Shown here one piece after another: positions 24,775-38,161 of a stretch of 64,000 nucleotides of DNA. How positions within the stretch are numbered: the first letter of the stretch is position 1; every line of letters starts with the position of its first letter. Source of the stretch: Eledone cirrhosa (Eukaryota); contig OZ024743.1 of assembly GCA_964016885.1 (NCBI GenBank), positions 238,018,001 through 238,082,000 on the forward strand, in the 5' to 3' direction. Under the pieces are notes generated by a model. That model did no database searches and was not told the origin of the DNA. It saw only the letters and a program-made list of their open reading frames with translations. The position numbers and the translations under genes were made by a program.

Positions 24775-27751
24775 TGTTGCCAAAGAGGGAGATTACCGTT
24801 TTCTCTTTCTTTTATAATACCTGGAACGGAAGTTCAAGGAATGTTCTAGAAATTCTACGGGAAGTATCTCTAGCTACTTCCCTTTATCTAGAGAGCGCTA
24901 CAAGACTCCCCTCTCAGACGAGAAGTCGAATAACCAACCGAAGGTCATTGTAGCGAGAACCCGTAAGAAATGAGGAGCAAAACAAAGGTACAAGAAAATG
25001 CATGAATAAAACATGAGCTCGCAACTGAAGCAAATAGCAAAGAAGCACCAAACCAGTAAATGCATTTTACAAAGAAAAAATGTAAATGTAACAAAACTGA
25101 TAATTCAAAGTTAACATAAAGGAACAGAGAAGAATTAATGCTCAATGGTAAGTTCAAAGTATTTTCAGAATCAAATAGTTCATACATCACCAGTGTACAG
25201 ACTTTTCTGACACTAATTCTATCTGAAACTGAAAAGAGTTTGTTAATGCCACTAGGCGTTAAATGTATATAGTTTTGACAATTTACGTGGCCATTTTACT
25301 GTCCTGCCACTTCGTGTGGCATAAGGTTGTGTGGTATGTTGTGTTTGCGGTGGAGGTGAAGGTGTTGGTGTGGGAGTGAATGTACGAGGTGTATCAGGCA
25401 TTGAAATGAGACTTTCAGAGAAAGCCCTCTTTGCTCTGTCAATGGATATTGTCTCTTTTCGACCATTGACAGCCACTGTGAAATGTTTTGGTGTGTGCGA
25501 AAGCACACGAAAAGGTCCATTATAGGGTGACGTAAGCGGTCCCTTGACGGAAACATTCCGTATAAAAATGTGTGTCCACGTAGAGATGTCCGATCGAACA
25601 GCAGAAGCAATAGACTGGTTACGAGGGTTCATTGGTGGAAAATCCGAGAAGTAAGAACGAATCCTGGTGACATATGATGTTGGATCAAGATGCGATGAAT
25701 CAACCGATGCTAATATTTGACCGGGAAGAGTCAAGGTGGAACCGTAAAGAAGTTCAGCTGAGGAGAAACCCAAATCTGTCTTAACGGCAGAACGACAACC
25801 AAGAAGCACGATTGGCAAAAATTCGGTCCAACGTTGCGGATCAGGTGTAGCGCGGAGTGGAGCTTTCAACTGTCTGTGAAACCTCTCCGCCATTCCGTTG
25901 GAGGCTGGGTGATAGCTGGTGGTATGAATGTGATGAGCACCCCAAAGTCGTGATATTTCACGAAATAAGGAAACCTCGAACTGGCGTCCCCGATCCGTGG
26001 TTATTTTAGAAGGAACACCAAAGCGAGCAACCCAATTGAAAATGAAAGCTCGGGCAACGGACTCGGCTGTTATGTCCACTAGGGGTATGGCTTCAGGCCA
26101 CCGATAGAAACGATCGATACAGGTCAATATATATGTGAACCCACGACTAATGGCCAAGGACCAACAATATCCATGTGAATGTGACGGAAACGAGCGTCCG
26201 GCGGGCTGAATTTACCAAGAGGAGCGCGAATATGCCGATGAACCTTAGAGCGCTGACACTGCAAACAAGAAAGTGCCCAACCGGTAATTAAACGACGCAT
26301 GTTAGGCCAGAAGAATCGGGCCGTGATGAGCTTCACCGTGGCAGCTATGCCGGGATGCGACAAGGAATGAAGTGCATCAAAAATGGTACGCTGATGACAA
26401 TCTGGAACAAGTGGTCTGGGTGAGCCGGTAGAAATGTCGCAAATAATTTTCCCTTCAGCAGACGGAAGAGGTAAATATTCAACTCACAGCAGGAAAACTG
26501 TGTAGGAGTATCCAGAGAATCCAAAGAAGGTTGGTCAGTCGCAATGGCAACCAAATCAATATGTGCAGGAGATGCAAGGGAACACACAGGGAGTCGAGAC
26601 AGTGCGTCCGCGGGTACGTTAGCAGCTCCAGCTATATGATGAATGTCACTGGTGTACTGGGAGATGAAATACAAATGCCTGTATTCTCTCGGAGAGTAAC
26701 TGTCGGACTTGGATTGAAGAGCGAATGTGACTGGTTTATGGTCTGTGAATACCGTGAACTCCCAACCTTAAAGAAGATGGTGGAAGTGTCTCACAGCAAG
26801 ATAAACTGCTAAAAGCTCTCTGTCAAAAGTACTGTAACGTTGCTCAGCTGGTTTTAGTTGGCGTGAGAAAAACGCCAGTGGTTGAAACTGCTGGTTGATT
26901 GTATGTTGCAAGACTGCTCCCACAGCATGGTCGGACGCATCGACAGTTAAGGATAGCCTCGCGTTCGCAAAAGGATGAGCCAGAAAGGAAACTTTAGCTA
27001 TTTCGGAAATGGCGGATTCAAAAGATTGCAAAGTATCGGCAGAAAGTGAAATGGGAGCATCTTTCTTTTTCGCAGCCTTTAAAAACTGTGTTAAGGGAAA
27101 CAACTTGTCCGCACAGTTAGGGATGAAACGACGATAAAAGTTGATTAATCCTAAGAAATGACGTAACTGCCTCAATGAGGTGGGGGGTGCGATTCGCTAA
27201 ATCGCTTCCACCTTAGATGGCAGAGGTTGAATGCCTTTTTAATCTATCAGATGTCCTAGGAATTCCAGTGAAGCTGTACCAAACACACATTTAGCTGGGT
27301 TGATTCTGACCTGGTACGATTGAAGACGTTGAAATAACTGGGATAGATGTTGATGATGATGTTCAGCTGTGTCACTGGCTATCAGGAGGTCATCCACATA
27401 AGCAAACACGAAATCCAATCCACGCATGACTTCATCGATAAAACGTTGGAACGTACTAGAGGCATTGCGCAAACCAAAAGGCATGGACAGGAATTCAAAT
27501 GAACCAAAGAGGGTGGTCACGGCTGTCTTTGGTCTGTCTGGATTCATGGGTATCTGGTGGTATGCACGTACTAGATCTATTTTGGAAAATATCGTGCATC
27601 CATGAAGGACGGATGAAAAATCCTGTTGCCAAAGAGGGAGCTTACCCTTTTCTCTTTCTTTTATAATACCTGGAACGGAAGTTCAAGGAATGTTCTAGAA
27701 ATTCTACGGGAAGTAACTCTAGCTACTTCCCTTTATCTAGAGAGCGCTACA
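24775..27751 (-). mobile_element. Ty3/Gypsy LTR retrotransposon, internally deleted (RT-RH-integrase remain)
   Basis: 24775-24902 and 27623-27751 are near-identical LTR starts (TGTAGCG on minus); PPT gagaggggag at about 24905-24915; YVDD, ELLAVY and DIVGP...DRGRQF...ERFHRQLK; the distal end of the 3' LTR is not resolved. Confidence 0.9.
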
Positions 27752-27949
27752 GGTTGATTTAGGAGCAACGATGTGTGTCTCATCTGTCAAGAACCTGGAG
27801 TCACAGGTCAAGTAGTATGTACGTCTTTCATAGTTGTCTCTTGACAGGACAATGGTGGGAACTCCCAACAATAGGTGGTTTTAGAAGCAAGAACGCTCAG
27901 ATTCGGTTTCGAATCTTCGCCAGGTAAAACATAGGAGTATTCCGTTACA
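27752..27949 (-). mobile_element. LTR 5' fragment related to the LTR at 38157-38865
   Basis: Begins TGTAACGGAATACTCCT...ggcgaagattcgaaaccgaatctgagc, as at 38157. Confidence 0.7.
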
Positions 27950-28496
27950 CATATATAGACAGACAGATAGATAGATGGATAAAGAGACAGACAGACGGAC
28001 GAACAGGTTGGTAAAGAAACAAAGATAGGTAGACAATTAGGTTGGTAGACAGATAATTTGATATATATATACATCCCACCTAGTTCTTTTACTTATTTCG
28101 TTATTTATTTATTTATTTATTTCTTTACTTCTTTCTTTCTTTCTTTATTTTTTTCTAGCCTAACAATAGCCTGAGACCTAGGTCGTAGATTTTAATTTAC
28201 TTTACTTTTTTCTTTACACTTATTTGCTTTTCTTCACCCTCAGTATTTTTTCTTTCCTATATATTTCTACCCCCCATTGTTCTACCTACCGTTCCGACTT
28301 CCTCCCCCTCCCCCTCCCCTGTATCTTCTTTGACCTCATGCCCAGCTGTAGCTGGCACTACCAACGCTTGATTGGGTCTACTCCACCCCCTCCCCTCTTT
28401 CTCCTACTGGCAGGTTTAGCCACCATCTCCCCTACTAATTTGCAACCACAGAATTACTACTGATTTTTGACAATCACTTTGACCATATATGGAATT

Positions 28497-28590
28497 ACCC
28501 CTTGAGAAGATCGGCTATTTAAATACCAGGATAAATTTTCATTTAGTCCAGAATTAGCCGTCGAAACGGCTTGAGCTCAGCTGTCGGGGT
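28497..28590 (+). ncRNA. Type I hammerhead with U3-A8 core in Penelope pseudo-LTR (about 28070-28683)
   Basis: acccc TTGAGAA gatcggcta...tagccgtc GAAA cggcttgagctcagctg TC ggggt. Confidence 0.75.
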
Positions 28591-28681
28591 CTTACTGGTT
28601 CCTATTACCCACTCTACTACCTCAAGTATTGAGTACTTTGGTGCGTTATGGTCCACCTGGTTCCTTACCACATTTCCTTCG

Positions 28682-28749
<68 letters not shown>

Positions 28750-28753
28750 ATGT

Positions 28754-28835
<82 letters not shown>

Positions 28836-28841
28836 TATATA

Positions 28842-29276
28842 CTAGCAGTGGTACCCGACGTTGCACGGGATAAGGTATCGACTTTATTTCACTCGCTCCA
28901 CTAATAATTGGATTTTCTTTGCTCACGGTATGAAGAAGAGACTGACTAATACATAGTTACCGGCTTTCATTTTTAGTGTTGTGTGAAATATAAAACCGCC
29001 TTAGCTAAGTTAGTATTGGCACAACCACGGCTGGCAAAGAAGTAAGGATCTGGTGGTACGTGAGGAAGAAGTTGTGTGCACTTACCAACTATTTGGGGAA
29101 TGAGTGTGAAATTTGTCTTGAGCAAGGGTGGCAGAATAACCCGAGGCAGTGGGCCGTAAGTGGAAAATCTGCACGCAGAGGGAATTTTGGGAAGTGACGT
29201 AATCCAGACAGCCAGACATACAGACAGATATTATAAGGGCGCTTTCTGGACGCAGTGAGAATTGTGGGAAGTGATA
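28842..29276 (-). mobile_element. Non-autonomous Helitron-like element
   Basis: 3' hairpin cccgtgcaacgtcggg then CTAG-T; 5' TC next to TA-rich tract. Confidence 0.6.
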
Positions 29277-29353
29277 TATATATATTATATAATATATATA
29301 TATATATATATATATTATATTATATATATATATTATGTTATATTATATTATAT

Positions 29354-30008
29354 ACTAGCAGTGGTACCCGGCATTGCACGAGATAAGGTATTTTGGAACG
29401 CCGGCCGCCAACAGACCTAATCATGGAAAAACTGCATGCCTGGACAATATGTAAAGAAAATAAACCGAATACTCTGATGGCTGGATAATCTTTAAGATTT
29501 TCCTCGATGAAGCAGGAAAAATGCAGGTTTTCACCAAATGAGGGCCCTAGGGGATCAAGAAAATTAACTTTTTTTTATGTGCATAATAAGCCTTGAAATT
29601 TCGGGAAAATCGGCTAGATGTAACGCCTCAAAAAAGCCCTAAAAAGCTGGAAAAATGAAGTTTTTCACATAATGCGGGACTAGGCCATAAAAAAGTTGGC
29701 TTTTCTTTGATCACGGTATCAAGAAGAGACTGACTAATACATAGTTACAATTTCAAGGAAATCAGTCTGCGTAACGTCTAAAAAATCCCCATAAACCTGA
29801 AAAAACGGAGTTTTTCACCTAATGCGGGCCCTAGGGGATCAACAAGTTGAATTTATGTGCATAACACTCCTGAAATATAAGTAATACACATGTAAAGTTT
29901 GAAAAAATTCGATTGGGTACTTCTCGAGTTTTAGGGATTCAAACTCACAGACACAGACACACACACAGAGACAGACATCTTCAGATTTACATATGTTCAT
30001 ATATATTA

Positions 30009-30010
<2 letters not shown>
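29354..30010 (-). mobile_element. Non-autonomous Helitron-like element sharing its 3' end with 28842
   Basis: Same ctagcagtggtacccg terminus; shared acggtat.aagaagagactgactaatacatagttac block; internal subrepeats. Confidence 0.6.
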
Positions 30011-30060
<50 letters not shown>

Positions 30061-30063
<3 letters not shown>

Positions 30064-30260
30064 CGAAGGAAATGTGGTAAGGAACCAGGTGGACCATAAC
30101 GCACCAAAGTACTCAATACTTAGGGTAGTAGAGTGGGTCATAGGAACGAGTAGGATCCCGACGGCTGAGCTCAAGCCGTTTCGACGGCTAATTCTGGACC
30201 TTTTAGTCCAGAATTAGCCGTCGAAACAGCTTGAACTCAGCCGTCGGGGTCCTACTCGGT

Positions 30261-30263
<3 letters not shown>
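30061..30263. mobile_element. Two inverted Penelope pseudo-LTR fragments
   Basis: 30140-30199 and 30206-30263 are reverse complements; (TA)n on both sides. Confidence 0.75.
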
Positions 30264-30309
<46 letters not shown>

Positions 30310-30450
30310 ATAGAGGTGTAACACACGAGTTGTGATATGGTAAAAGGAAAAGAAAATGCTGACAAATTGTTCCCAGTGAAAAATAGTTTAATTAGGAATA
30401 AGTAAAAATTAGTAATAAATATTGGTTAGTATTCAGTTTTGGTTTTAAGG

Positions 30451-30488
30451 ATTTTACCGGTTGCGCATTTCTAATGCTTTTCAAAAAT
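30451..30488 (-). ncRNA. Minimal hammerhead-like motif, U3-A8 core, GCAA in place of GAAA
   Basis: attt TTGAAAA gcatt aga aatgc GCAA ccgg TA aaat. Confidence 0.45.
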
Positions 30489-30879
30489 AATTTTGAGATA
30501 GAGCGCCCGTGATGTTTGCTCTAATCTGATCAGTTTTGGAAATTCTACCTGTTTTATGTGAAAAAAGTGGCTCCAGAAGTATTAAAATAAGTTTCGTGCC
30601 AATTCGTGTTGCAAAAATTCTTGTGGTCAAAACAATTTTGATTGGTCGGTAGAGGTCACGTGAATGTTAAAAATTGATTTTGCGCCAAATGTAGGTTTGT
30701 CGAAGAGTGTCCTTTTTCGCCTGATTGAGAAGTCACTGAAAAATAAGTCTTTTAAGACAAATATGTGAGTGTAGTAATAGAGGTTCATTGTTGTGATAAT
30801 GGTCAGTAGTGATGTGTGTGTGAATTGCAGTCATGTTGAAAGGTCAACAGTTCAGGTGCCTATTAAGACAAATATGTGT

Positions 30880-32845
30880 GTGTGTGTGCATTTGTTGTTG
30901 AGGGGGCACGTAGATCTATCAGGGCAGTTACACCTCCTGGTCGGCTCTCCACTGATGTCTAGGTTATTTCTTCCATAGGGTTTGTGTTTTTTGTTGTTTG
31001 AGGAGACGATGTTTTGTGCGAAGTTAGGTGTGGTGATGTAGGAGATTTTGATCGTGTTTTTGTTGGTTATGTTGTGGTAGCGGTGGTGTAGTGGGGAGTG
31101 TTTTTCGAGGAGTCTAAAGAAGATTTTCCCGATAGGTGTTGCCACCTCGGCATTATGGGGAGGATTGAACCACGTTACGTTAGGTGAGCGGCGGTGTTGC
31201 CTGCTGGTTCCGCTAAGGGAAGCTGGATAAAAGGATATTTCCTCCCGGAAGCCACTCCGCTTGAGGGCCTAGTTGTAATGAGGCGCGTGTTTGTCGAATA
31301 TCTGCACATTAGCGAACAAACGAGATATGCAGAGGGAGATGTTTTTAACCAGGTTATTGGTGATGTTTCTAGGATGGTTAGAGCGGTGGTGGATGTAGTG
31401 CAGGTTGTTGTTTGGTTTCGTGTATGGGTAGTACATATTATTTTCGAGGTTAAGGGTAACGTCCAGGAAATTGACTCGGAAATTGACTCTGGAAGAAATA
31501 AACTAGACATCAATGGAGAGCCGACCAGGAGGTGTAACTGCCCTGATATATCTACGTGCCCCCTCAACAACAAATGCTGAGAACGTAACGTGATCTACCA
31601 GTGCAACGTGAGGACGGACACCTCCAACAAAGCTTATATAGGATTAACCGCGTGTGACTTCAAGACCTGGCTCTACCAACACCGACATACTTTCCGAAAC
31701 CCGGTCCGGCGACATGCCACTACACTTTCGGGCCACATCTGGGATCTCCAAGATAATAATATAACCTACAATCTCACTTGGAGCTTTCTGTCCAGAGCTA
31801 ACTCTTACACGGGAGGACGCCGTCCGTGTAACTTATGCTCGGAGGAAACATTACAAATGCTGTTTTCGAAAGATCAACTCCTAAACAAGAAAGACGAACT
31901 GGTAACCGCATTCAAACACAGATTGCGTAGGACTTACCTCGCCCTCAAACCCCATAACGACCCGGGTGGGTAGACAAGGGCTGGTACCCCCCACTTGCCG
32001 AATAAGTTAGGGGAAACCCCAGCTTACATAGGTAGATGTATCTCTTTTCTTTTCTTTTCTTTTCTTTTCCTCTTTGTCTTCTTCTTCCCCCCTGTCTCAT
32101 TCTATCACTTCCTTCCACCCCCTATTTTCTTCCTCGTCTGCTTTTCCTCTTTCGCCTACCCCGATGCAGCCCATCGGGCCTCTGTAGCATCAGTTCCCCC
32201 ACCCCTGTAATTTTAAGATAGAATTGGCCGAATACGTTTTACTAACTACTTATAGCAGACTTTAATTTTGTATCAGTTTTGGTACTACTAAATTTCTACA
32301 AGTTTTTTCTATTCTCAACTTATTAATCTGTAATTGTAAGATAGCATTGTGATTTTTTAAATTCATTTCTCACTATCTAATTTTATATATTTTTTTATTT
32401 CTTTATATTATCTTTTATTGTCTCCTACTCCCATTCGATTTACCTATTCTATAACCTCCCTCCTCCACTTCATACACTATTCTGCTGTATACATATCACT
32501 TTCAACGCTTGACCGCTCCACTCACTCCCCTATTGTTCTACAGGCAAGTTCAGCCAGCCCTACCTCCCACCAATTGCCATGATAGACTTATTTGTGTTTA
32601 CAACAAATTTTAACCAATCCTCTTGACAACTAAAATCTTCCCATATAAGGAAGTACCCCCTTGACAAGTTCGGCTATTTATTCACCAGGCTAAAAATTCT
32701 AATTTAGTTCAGAAATAGCCGTCGAAACGGCTTGTGCTCTGCCGCCGGGGGTCACACTTTTTCCTATTTCCCACTCTACTACCCTAAGTATTGAGTACTC
32801 TGGTGCGTTATGGTCCATCTGGTTCCTTACCACAATTCCTTTGTT
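30880..32845 (+). mobile_element. Penelope-like element with inverted 5' part
   Basis: Minus 30880-31480 encodes RT C-terminus and linker; plus 31480-31973 encodes CNC..CPL..C and IYQC...YIG; 3' pseudo-LTR to 32845. Confidence 0.85.
32655..32752 (+). ncRNA. Hammerhead with U3-A8 core; cleavage site mutated (GCC)
   Basis: accccc TTGACAA gttcggctattt...aaatagccgtc GAAA cggc...gccg CC gggggt. Confidence 0.65.
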
Positions 32846-33029
32846 ATATATATATATATACGAGCAGAAAATATATATATTTGTAAATGTATATATATAT
32901 ACATATATACTAGCAGAAAAACCGCCCACGTTCGGTTTTCTGCTAGCATATGTAGTGTGCATATTAGTATTATACGCAAATATATATGTAAATTGAAAAG
33001 TAAATTGACAATATCTTCTTCACCCACTT

Positions 33030-33690
33030 ATTTCTAAAAGGGTCGTGGGAGCAGAGTCCTTCTCAAACACTCCTTCCAGCGAGTCTGTCAGTAGCAAACA
33101 TCTCTAACTGATGCAGCTGGATCCCAAAGCGTGAACAGCCAAGCTCATGGATGTTATCCAACTATCTTGCTCAGGGTCTACCTCTGGGTTTCTTGACGGT
33201 TGCTTTTGCCTGTAAGATGTGTACAGCGATTCTTTACTTGGACATTCTAACCACATGCTCATAATATCGGAGTTGTGATCTCTCAATTCGGAGAAGTAAC
33301 AGCTCTACCATGAGTGACTCTCTGGTCTCTGAGCTATGCACCTTATCGAGTAAAGTTACTCCAAAGAGCCTTCGGAGGAATCCCATTTCTGCCGCTTTTA
33401 TTTGCAATTGTATTCTTTTGGTCATTACTCAAGATTCATGATTCTCGGTAAGAGTTGGCTGGAATACCAGGAAGACAGCCAGTTTGGCTTTTACACCTAC
33501 CCCTTTCTTCTGATTGATTAATGCTGGGGCTGGCACATTATTGCATCAGCTTTTGCAATTCTTGCACTTAATGCAGCCTCCTGCATTTCATCACTCATGA
33601 ACAAGGCTCCAAGATACTTGAACTTCTCTAACTGCTTCAGTAGAACTCTATTCGCATGTATATAAATTTGAGGGACTTCTGTCCACCCGT
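33030..33690 (-). mobile_element. RTE LINE 3' fragment
   Basis: FKYLG; AAEMGFLRR...QLRYYEHVVRM. Confidence 0.75.
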
Positions 33691-33849
33691 CTATCACGCA
33701 ATGTGTATGTGTGTTTGTGTGAATGTATGTGTGTGTAAAAGGAAGGAAGGGATACACACATGTATGTCTCTAACTTAAAAACAGTGACACACACACGTCT
33801 CTAATTTAAGAACACCGACAAACTCGCATGTGCTCATACACACACTGTC

Positions 33850-34570
33850 GTATTACCACTCAAGAGCTTTGGCGCGGGCAAACATCTCCTCAATTTTGGA
33901 ACTGTCTGGGTTGTCCATAATTGATGGGAAAAGACTTAACGGTCTTACTCTGTGCTCCTGGTCAAGAGGCAGGTGCTTACCTGGGACGTCACAGTTAGTG
34001 ACTCTTTTTCTTCTTCCCACATTCTGGATGCAACGGTAAGGGCGAGAGCTACAGCATCCGCAGCTGAACGGAAGAAAATCCTAAAATACCGTGTTCTGTC
34101 AGCTAACTACATTATCCAGCATGTGGCGTTCGAGACGTTTGGGGAGTCGGGCTACTGATATTGAGGTGCTTATCTTCACTGGCGGCTCGCCAAACAGAGG
34201 TAACTGGTGATGCTCGTGGGGGCAATTGGTTGTTCCAGCACCTCAGCCTCGCCATCATCCCAGGTAACGCCGCGAGCTTGTTGGCCTGCCTCAAAAATTA
34301 TTAGAGAAGTTTCCCAGTGCTCCTCGCTATATTACTATCTTTTGCTCTGGTAGCGGCTCGTTTTCCCATTCTTTCGCCTGCATATTGTTCTATGGGGTCT
34401 AAGATGTGGGTATTAGTGCTTGTGTATTTTTTCTCTTTTTTTTCCTTTCCCTTTCCTTTGTATATATTATCTTTGTTTGTGTTTTCGTTCTGTAAACATT
34501 ATATTACATTTTTATATAAATGAGTTAAAAAAAAAGAGTTAAACTGTGTTGTTAATAAATAAATAAAACG
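33850..34570 (+). mobile_element. CRE-like LINE 3' end (restriction-like endonuclease + 3' UTR)
   Basis: DGKRLNGLTL, WDVTV, AERKKILKY, FETFG; followed by AT-rich UTR and aataaa repeats. Confidence 0.7.
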
Positions 34571-35079
34571 TTATACTTGTTTTATCCTCCCCTTTCCAAT
34601 TCACTGAACACTATCATGACTGTAAGTGTGTGTTTTTGTAAATGTATGTTTGAATGTATGTTTGTGTGAATGTTTTTGTGTGAAAGTATGTGTATTTATG
34701 TGAATGTATGTCCGTGAGGGTGTATTTTTATAAGTTTGTGTTTGCGCGATTATAGTTATATACTCATACATATAGATGTACGTATGTGCACAATCATACG
34801 CTACGGCGTGGAGAAAGTCATAATCACACTATCTCTCTCATCACACATTCTCTTTTTATATATATAGTAGTTGAAGTGGTGGTGGTGGCGACGATATACC
34901 GGAAGTCTAGAAATTTGTAACTTTGAACAGAAGTCAATTTTAAATTATTTATATATACGAAATTTAGTACATAAATTATGTAATATTGATTCATTATTTA
35001 TTCAAAGTAGTCGAACTTATTTTACAAACGGGATAAAAAAAATTGATTCTGGATGTAGTCACGCACTCCTTACTTTATT

Positions 35080-35155
<76 letters not shown>

Positions 35156-35211
35156 TATATATATATTTATTATATATTATATATTATATATTATATATAT
35201 ATTGTATATAT

Positions 35212-35268
<57 letters not shown>

Positions 35269-35495
35269 ATATATATATATATATATCGTATATTATATAT
35301 ATATATTATATATATATCGTATATTATATATATATATATTATATATTATATTATATATATATATATATATATGAATGTATGTATAGTATATTTTGGCAAT
35401 ATACTGTATGTTTAATTAAAAACATTTTGAAGACCTTGCGCTATTATTTTAAAGTAGTGACTATGTCACTTCTTTTTTCAACAAAGGAAGGGAGA

Positions 35496-35541
35496 TAAGC
35501 TGACAGATCTGTTTCACACTGTTGGTGTTCATCAGAGCTTA
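35496..35541 (-). ncRNA. Minimal canonical type I hammerhead ribozyme (46 nt)
   Basis: taagct CTGATGA acac caaca gtgt GAAA cagatctg TC agctta; all three stems perfect, GUC site. Confidence 0.9.
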
Positions 35542-35689
35542 CCACTCGCCGACCTTGTTGAAAATTGTAGAGGCTGGATTCTTATAGAATTCCAGTAACA
35601 ATCAGGAACTTATTATATAGAGCGATTGCCGGTCCAGCAAAAATTGAAAATTAGGATTGGTGCTCTGAAATAGCGATGTATACATGAAT

Positions 35690-37356
35690 ATATTTATAGT
35701 ATATAACCTGATCCATCAGTTTTATGCCCCTATAATTGCTCCTCTCCAGAGCATCCCCTTTATCTTTGCAACAATTTATGAGAATACTGCTTCACCAGTC
35801 TTTGGATATGACACCGCCATATATAGCTTGACTGATGATGCGTGCAACCAGTTTAGTGCCTACGTCCTCTGATGCCTTCAGCATCTCAGCAACTATCCCC
35901 GACGGTCCAGCGGCCTTACCCTTTTTCATTTCCTTAATTGCCTCTTGGACTATTCATCAATCTCAATAGTTGGTCCCTCTGTCGGATCTACTGGGGATAA
36001 TTTCTCTCTCCCCCATTCGTTCTCCACATTTATCAGTCTCTCATAATGACATTTCCAGGCCTTCTTTTTCTGATCATTCGTGACACTAAGTATACCGGCA
36101 TCATTCCGGACACATTTATCTCCAACAACATCCTGATTTGCACTGACACACTGCCTTGCAATGCGAAACACCGCACGTCTCTGATCTTCCCGTCGCAGAA
36201 CATTGGCAAACTTCCTACTCTCAGCCTCCTTGCGTGCTAAGTACAGCTGACGTCTAGCTTCTCTCTTAGCGGCTGTGTATCCTTCTCTACTACCACCATT
36301 TTTCCAAGCGTTCCATGTTAGTCTTTTGTCTCTAACGACCCTATCTCCCTTGCTGTTCCACCACCAGTTCACTCTCTGTCTGGTTGGAGCTCTGCTCCAG
36401 CCACAAGTTTCTTCAGTAGCCTGCAGTAAGTTGTCACTCAAGAAAATCCAGTTAGTATCTATTTCATACGACTCTAAATCGTCTTCGTTTTCGTCATACA
36501 CATCTTGAAGGGCTTTCCTAAATTTATATTTTAGTGAAAGGTCTTTTAGCTTCCAGACTTTTCTTTCCCACACCTTTCTGTATGTCTCACTCCATCTCTT
36601 GCTTACTGAGATATCACTAACGACTAACCTATGCTGTGGGGTACATTCTTCCCCAGGGTATGACTTGGTATTTGACACCATCTGCCTGTCCCGCTGCCTA
36701 ACTAGTAAGAAGTCAATGTGGCTTATGTGCTCGCCTGATTTGTAGATATTAGGTGGTTGGCAGGTTTCTGGAAGTCAGTGTTGCAAATAGTCAGTGTACT
36801 TGCATCACAAAATTCAAGAAGTCTCACTCCTTCTTCATTTCTTGAGCCGTAACCGTAGCCCACCATGTACCCCAGTGGTGTATCCATCTTGGAGCTGTCT
36901 AACATGTCCATTGATGTCCCCTGCTAGCATAACGATGTCTCCTTCCTCCGTCATTGCGGCTGTTTGTAAAAGTTGCTCGTAAAAGCAGTCTTTCTCTTCT
37001 TTACCTAGGCCTGCCTGGGGAGCATAGGCAGAGATGATTGTGAGTAGTCTCTTACCTACAACTAATCTAAGCTTAAATATTTTATTACTAACTCTAAATA
37101 CCCCTATTTTCTTATCGATCCATCTCTCAGCCAGTAAAATGCCTACTCCACCTAACCCATCAACATTACCCACCCAGAAAAGCTTATAACTAAGATGTTT
37201 GCCTACGATTAGTCTTCCAGAGGCAGCTCTCCATCTCACATCTTGCACGCAGCACACATCCACGTGCCTTCTCTCCAGCATCTCCTCTATTTTACCAGAT
37301 CTACCTGTGAGAGTGCCAACATTAAGTGTGGCAACTCTGAGATGCGACGTCTTCAT
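35690..37356 (-). mobile_element. RTE LINE 5' part (APE domain to start of RT)
   Basis: VATLNVGTL, CCVQD, SAYAPQ, GDINGH, IDFLL, QHRLVV, KAAGPSG. Confidence 0.9.
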
Positions 37357-37524
37357 ATTTTTGTTCTATGTAATTTCAGAATATATCACATGACATGCAT
37401 ACAAGCATGGTAATAGAAAATTTTTATTCTATCTTCAGCAGAAACTTCCAGATTCAGGGAAATGGAGAAAAGAGATATATATAGATATATATATATAATA
37501 TATATATTATATATATATATATAA

Positions 37525-37890
37525 TATCATCATCAGCGTCATTGTTTTACGTCCGTTCTTCCACGCTAGCATGGGTTAGACGTGTTGCCCTGTTGTGGGC
37601 AGTGTCCAGTCGGCTGACTTTGTCTTGCTCATACAGGAACTGATTCTGGCTTGATTTCTACAGCTGGATGCCCTTCCTAACACCAACCCCATTTAGAGTA
37701 AGTGCTGGGTGCATGTATATATATATATAATATATATATATTATATAATATATATATCATCATCATCATCTTCAGACGCATCTCTGGCAGGATTTCTTTT
37801 ACAGCTGGATGCCCTTCCTAACACCAACCACATTTACAGTGTGGACTGAGAGCCTTTTCACCGTGTCTCCTACACGGCCACCTTACAATA
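37525..37890 (-). mobile_element. RTE-tail-like short repeat with (GAT)n tail
   Basis: Shared cagctggatgcccttcctaacaccaacc block also at 45560-45790, 58285-58620 (opposite strand) and 62860-63495. Confidence 0.6.
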
Positions 37891-38027
37891 AGATTAGTAC
37901 TAAATAGGACAACTGTATCTATTATTTCTGCTTATGCACCCCATATAATATATATATTATATATATATCATATAATATATATATATATAATATATATATA
38001 TATATCATATAATATATATATATATAC

Positions 38028-38087
<60 letters not shown>

Positions 38088-38088
38088 C

Positions 38089-38156
<68 letters not shown>

Positions 38157-38161
<5 letters not shown>

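Noticed and set aside
32909-32949. Near-perfect hairpin ctagcagaaaa(a)ccg...cggttttctgctag
   Set aside because: Probably a Helitron-type terminus remnant; too short to call
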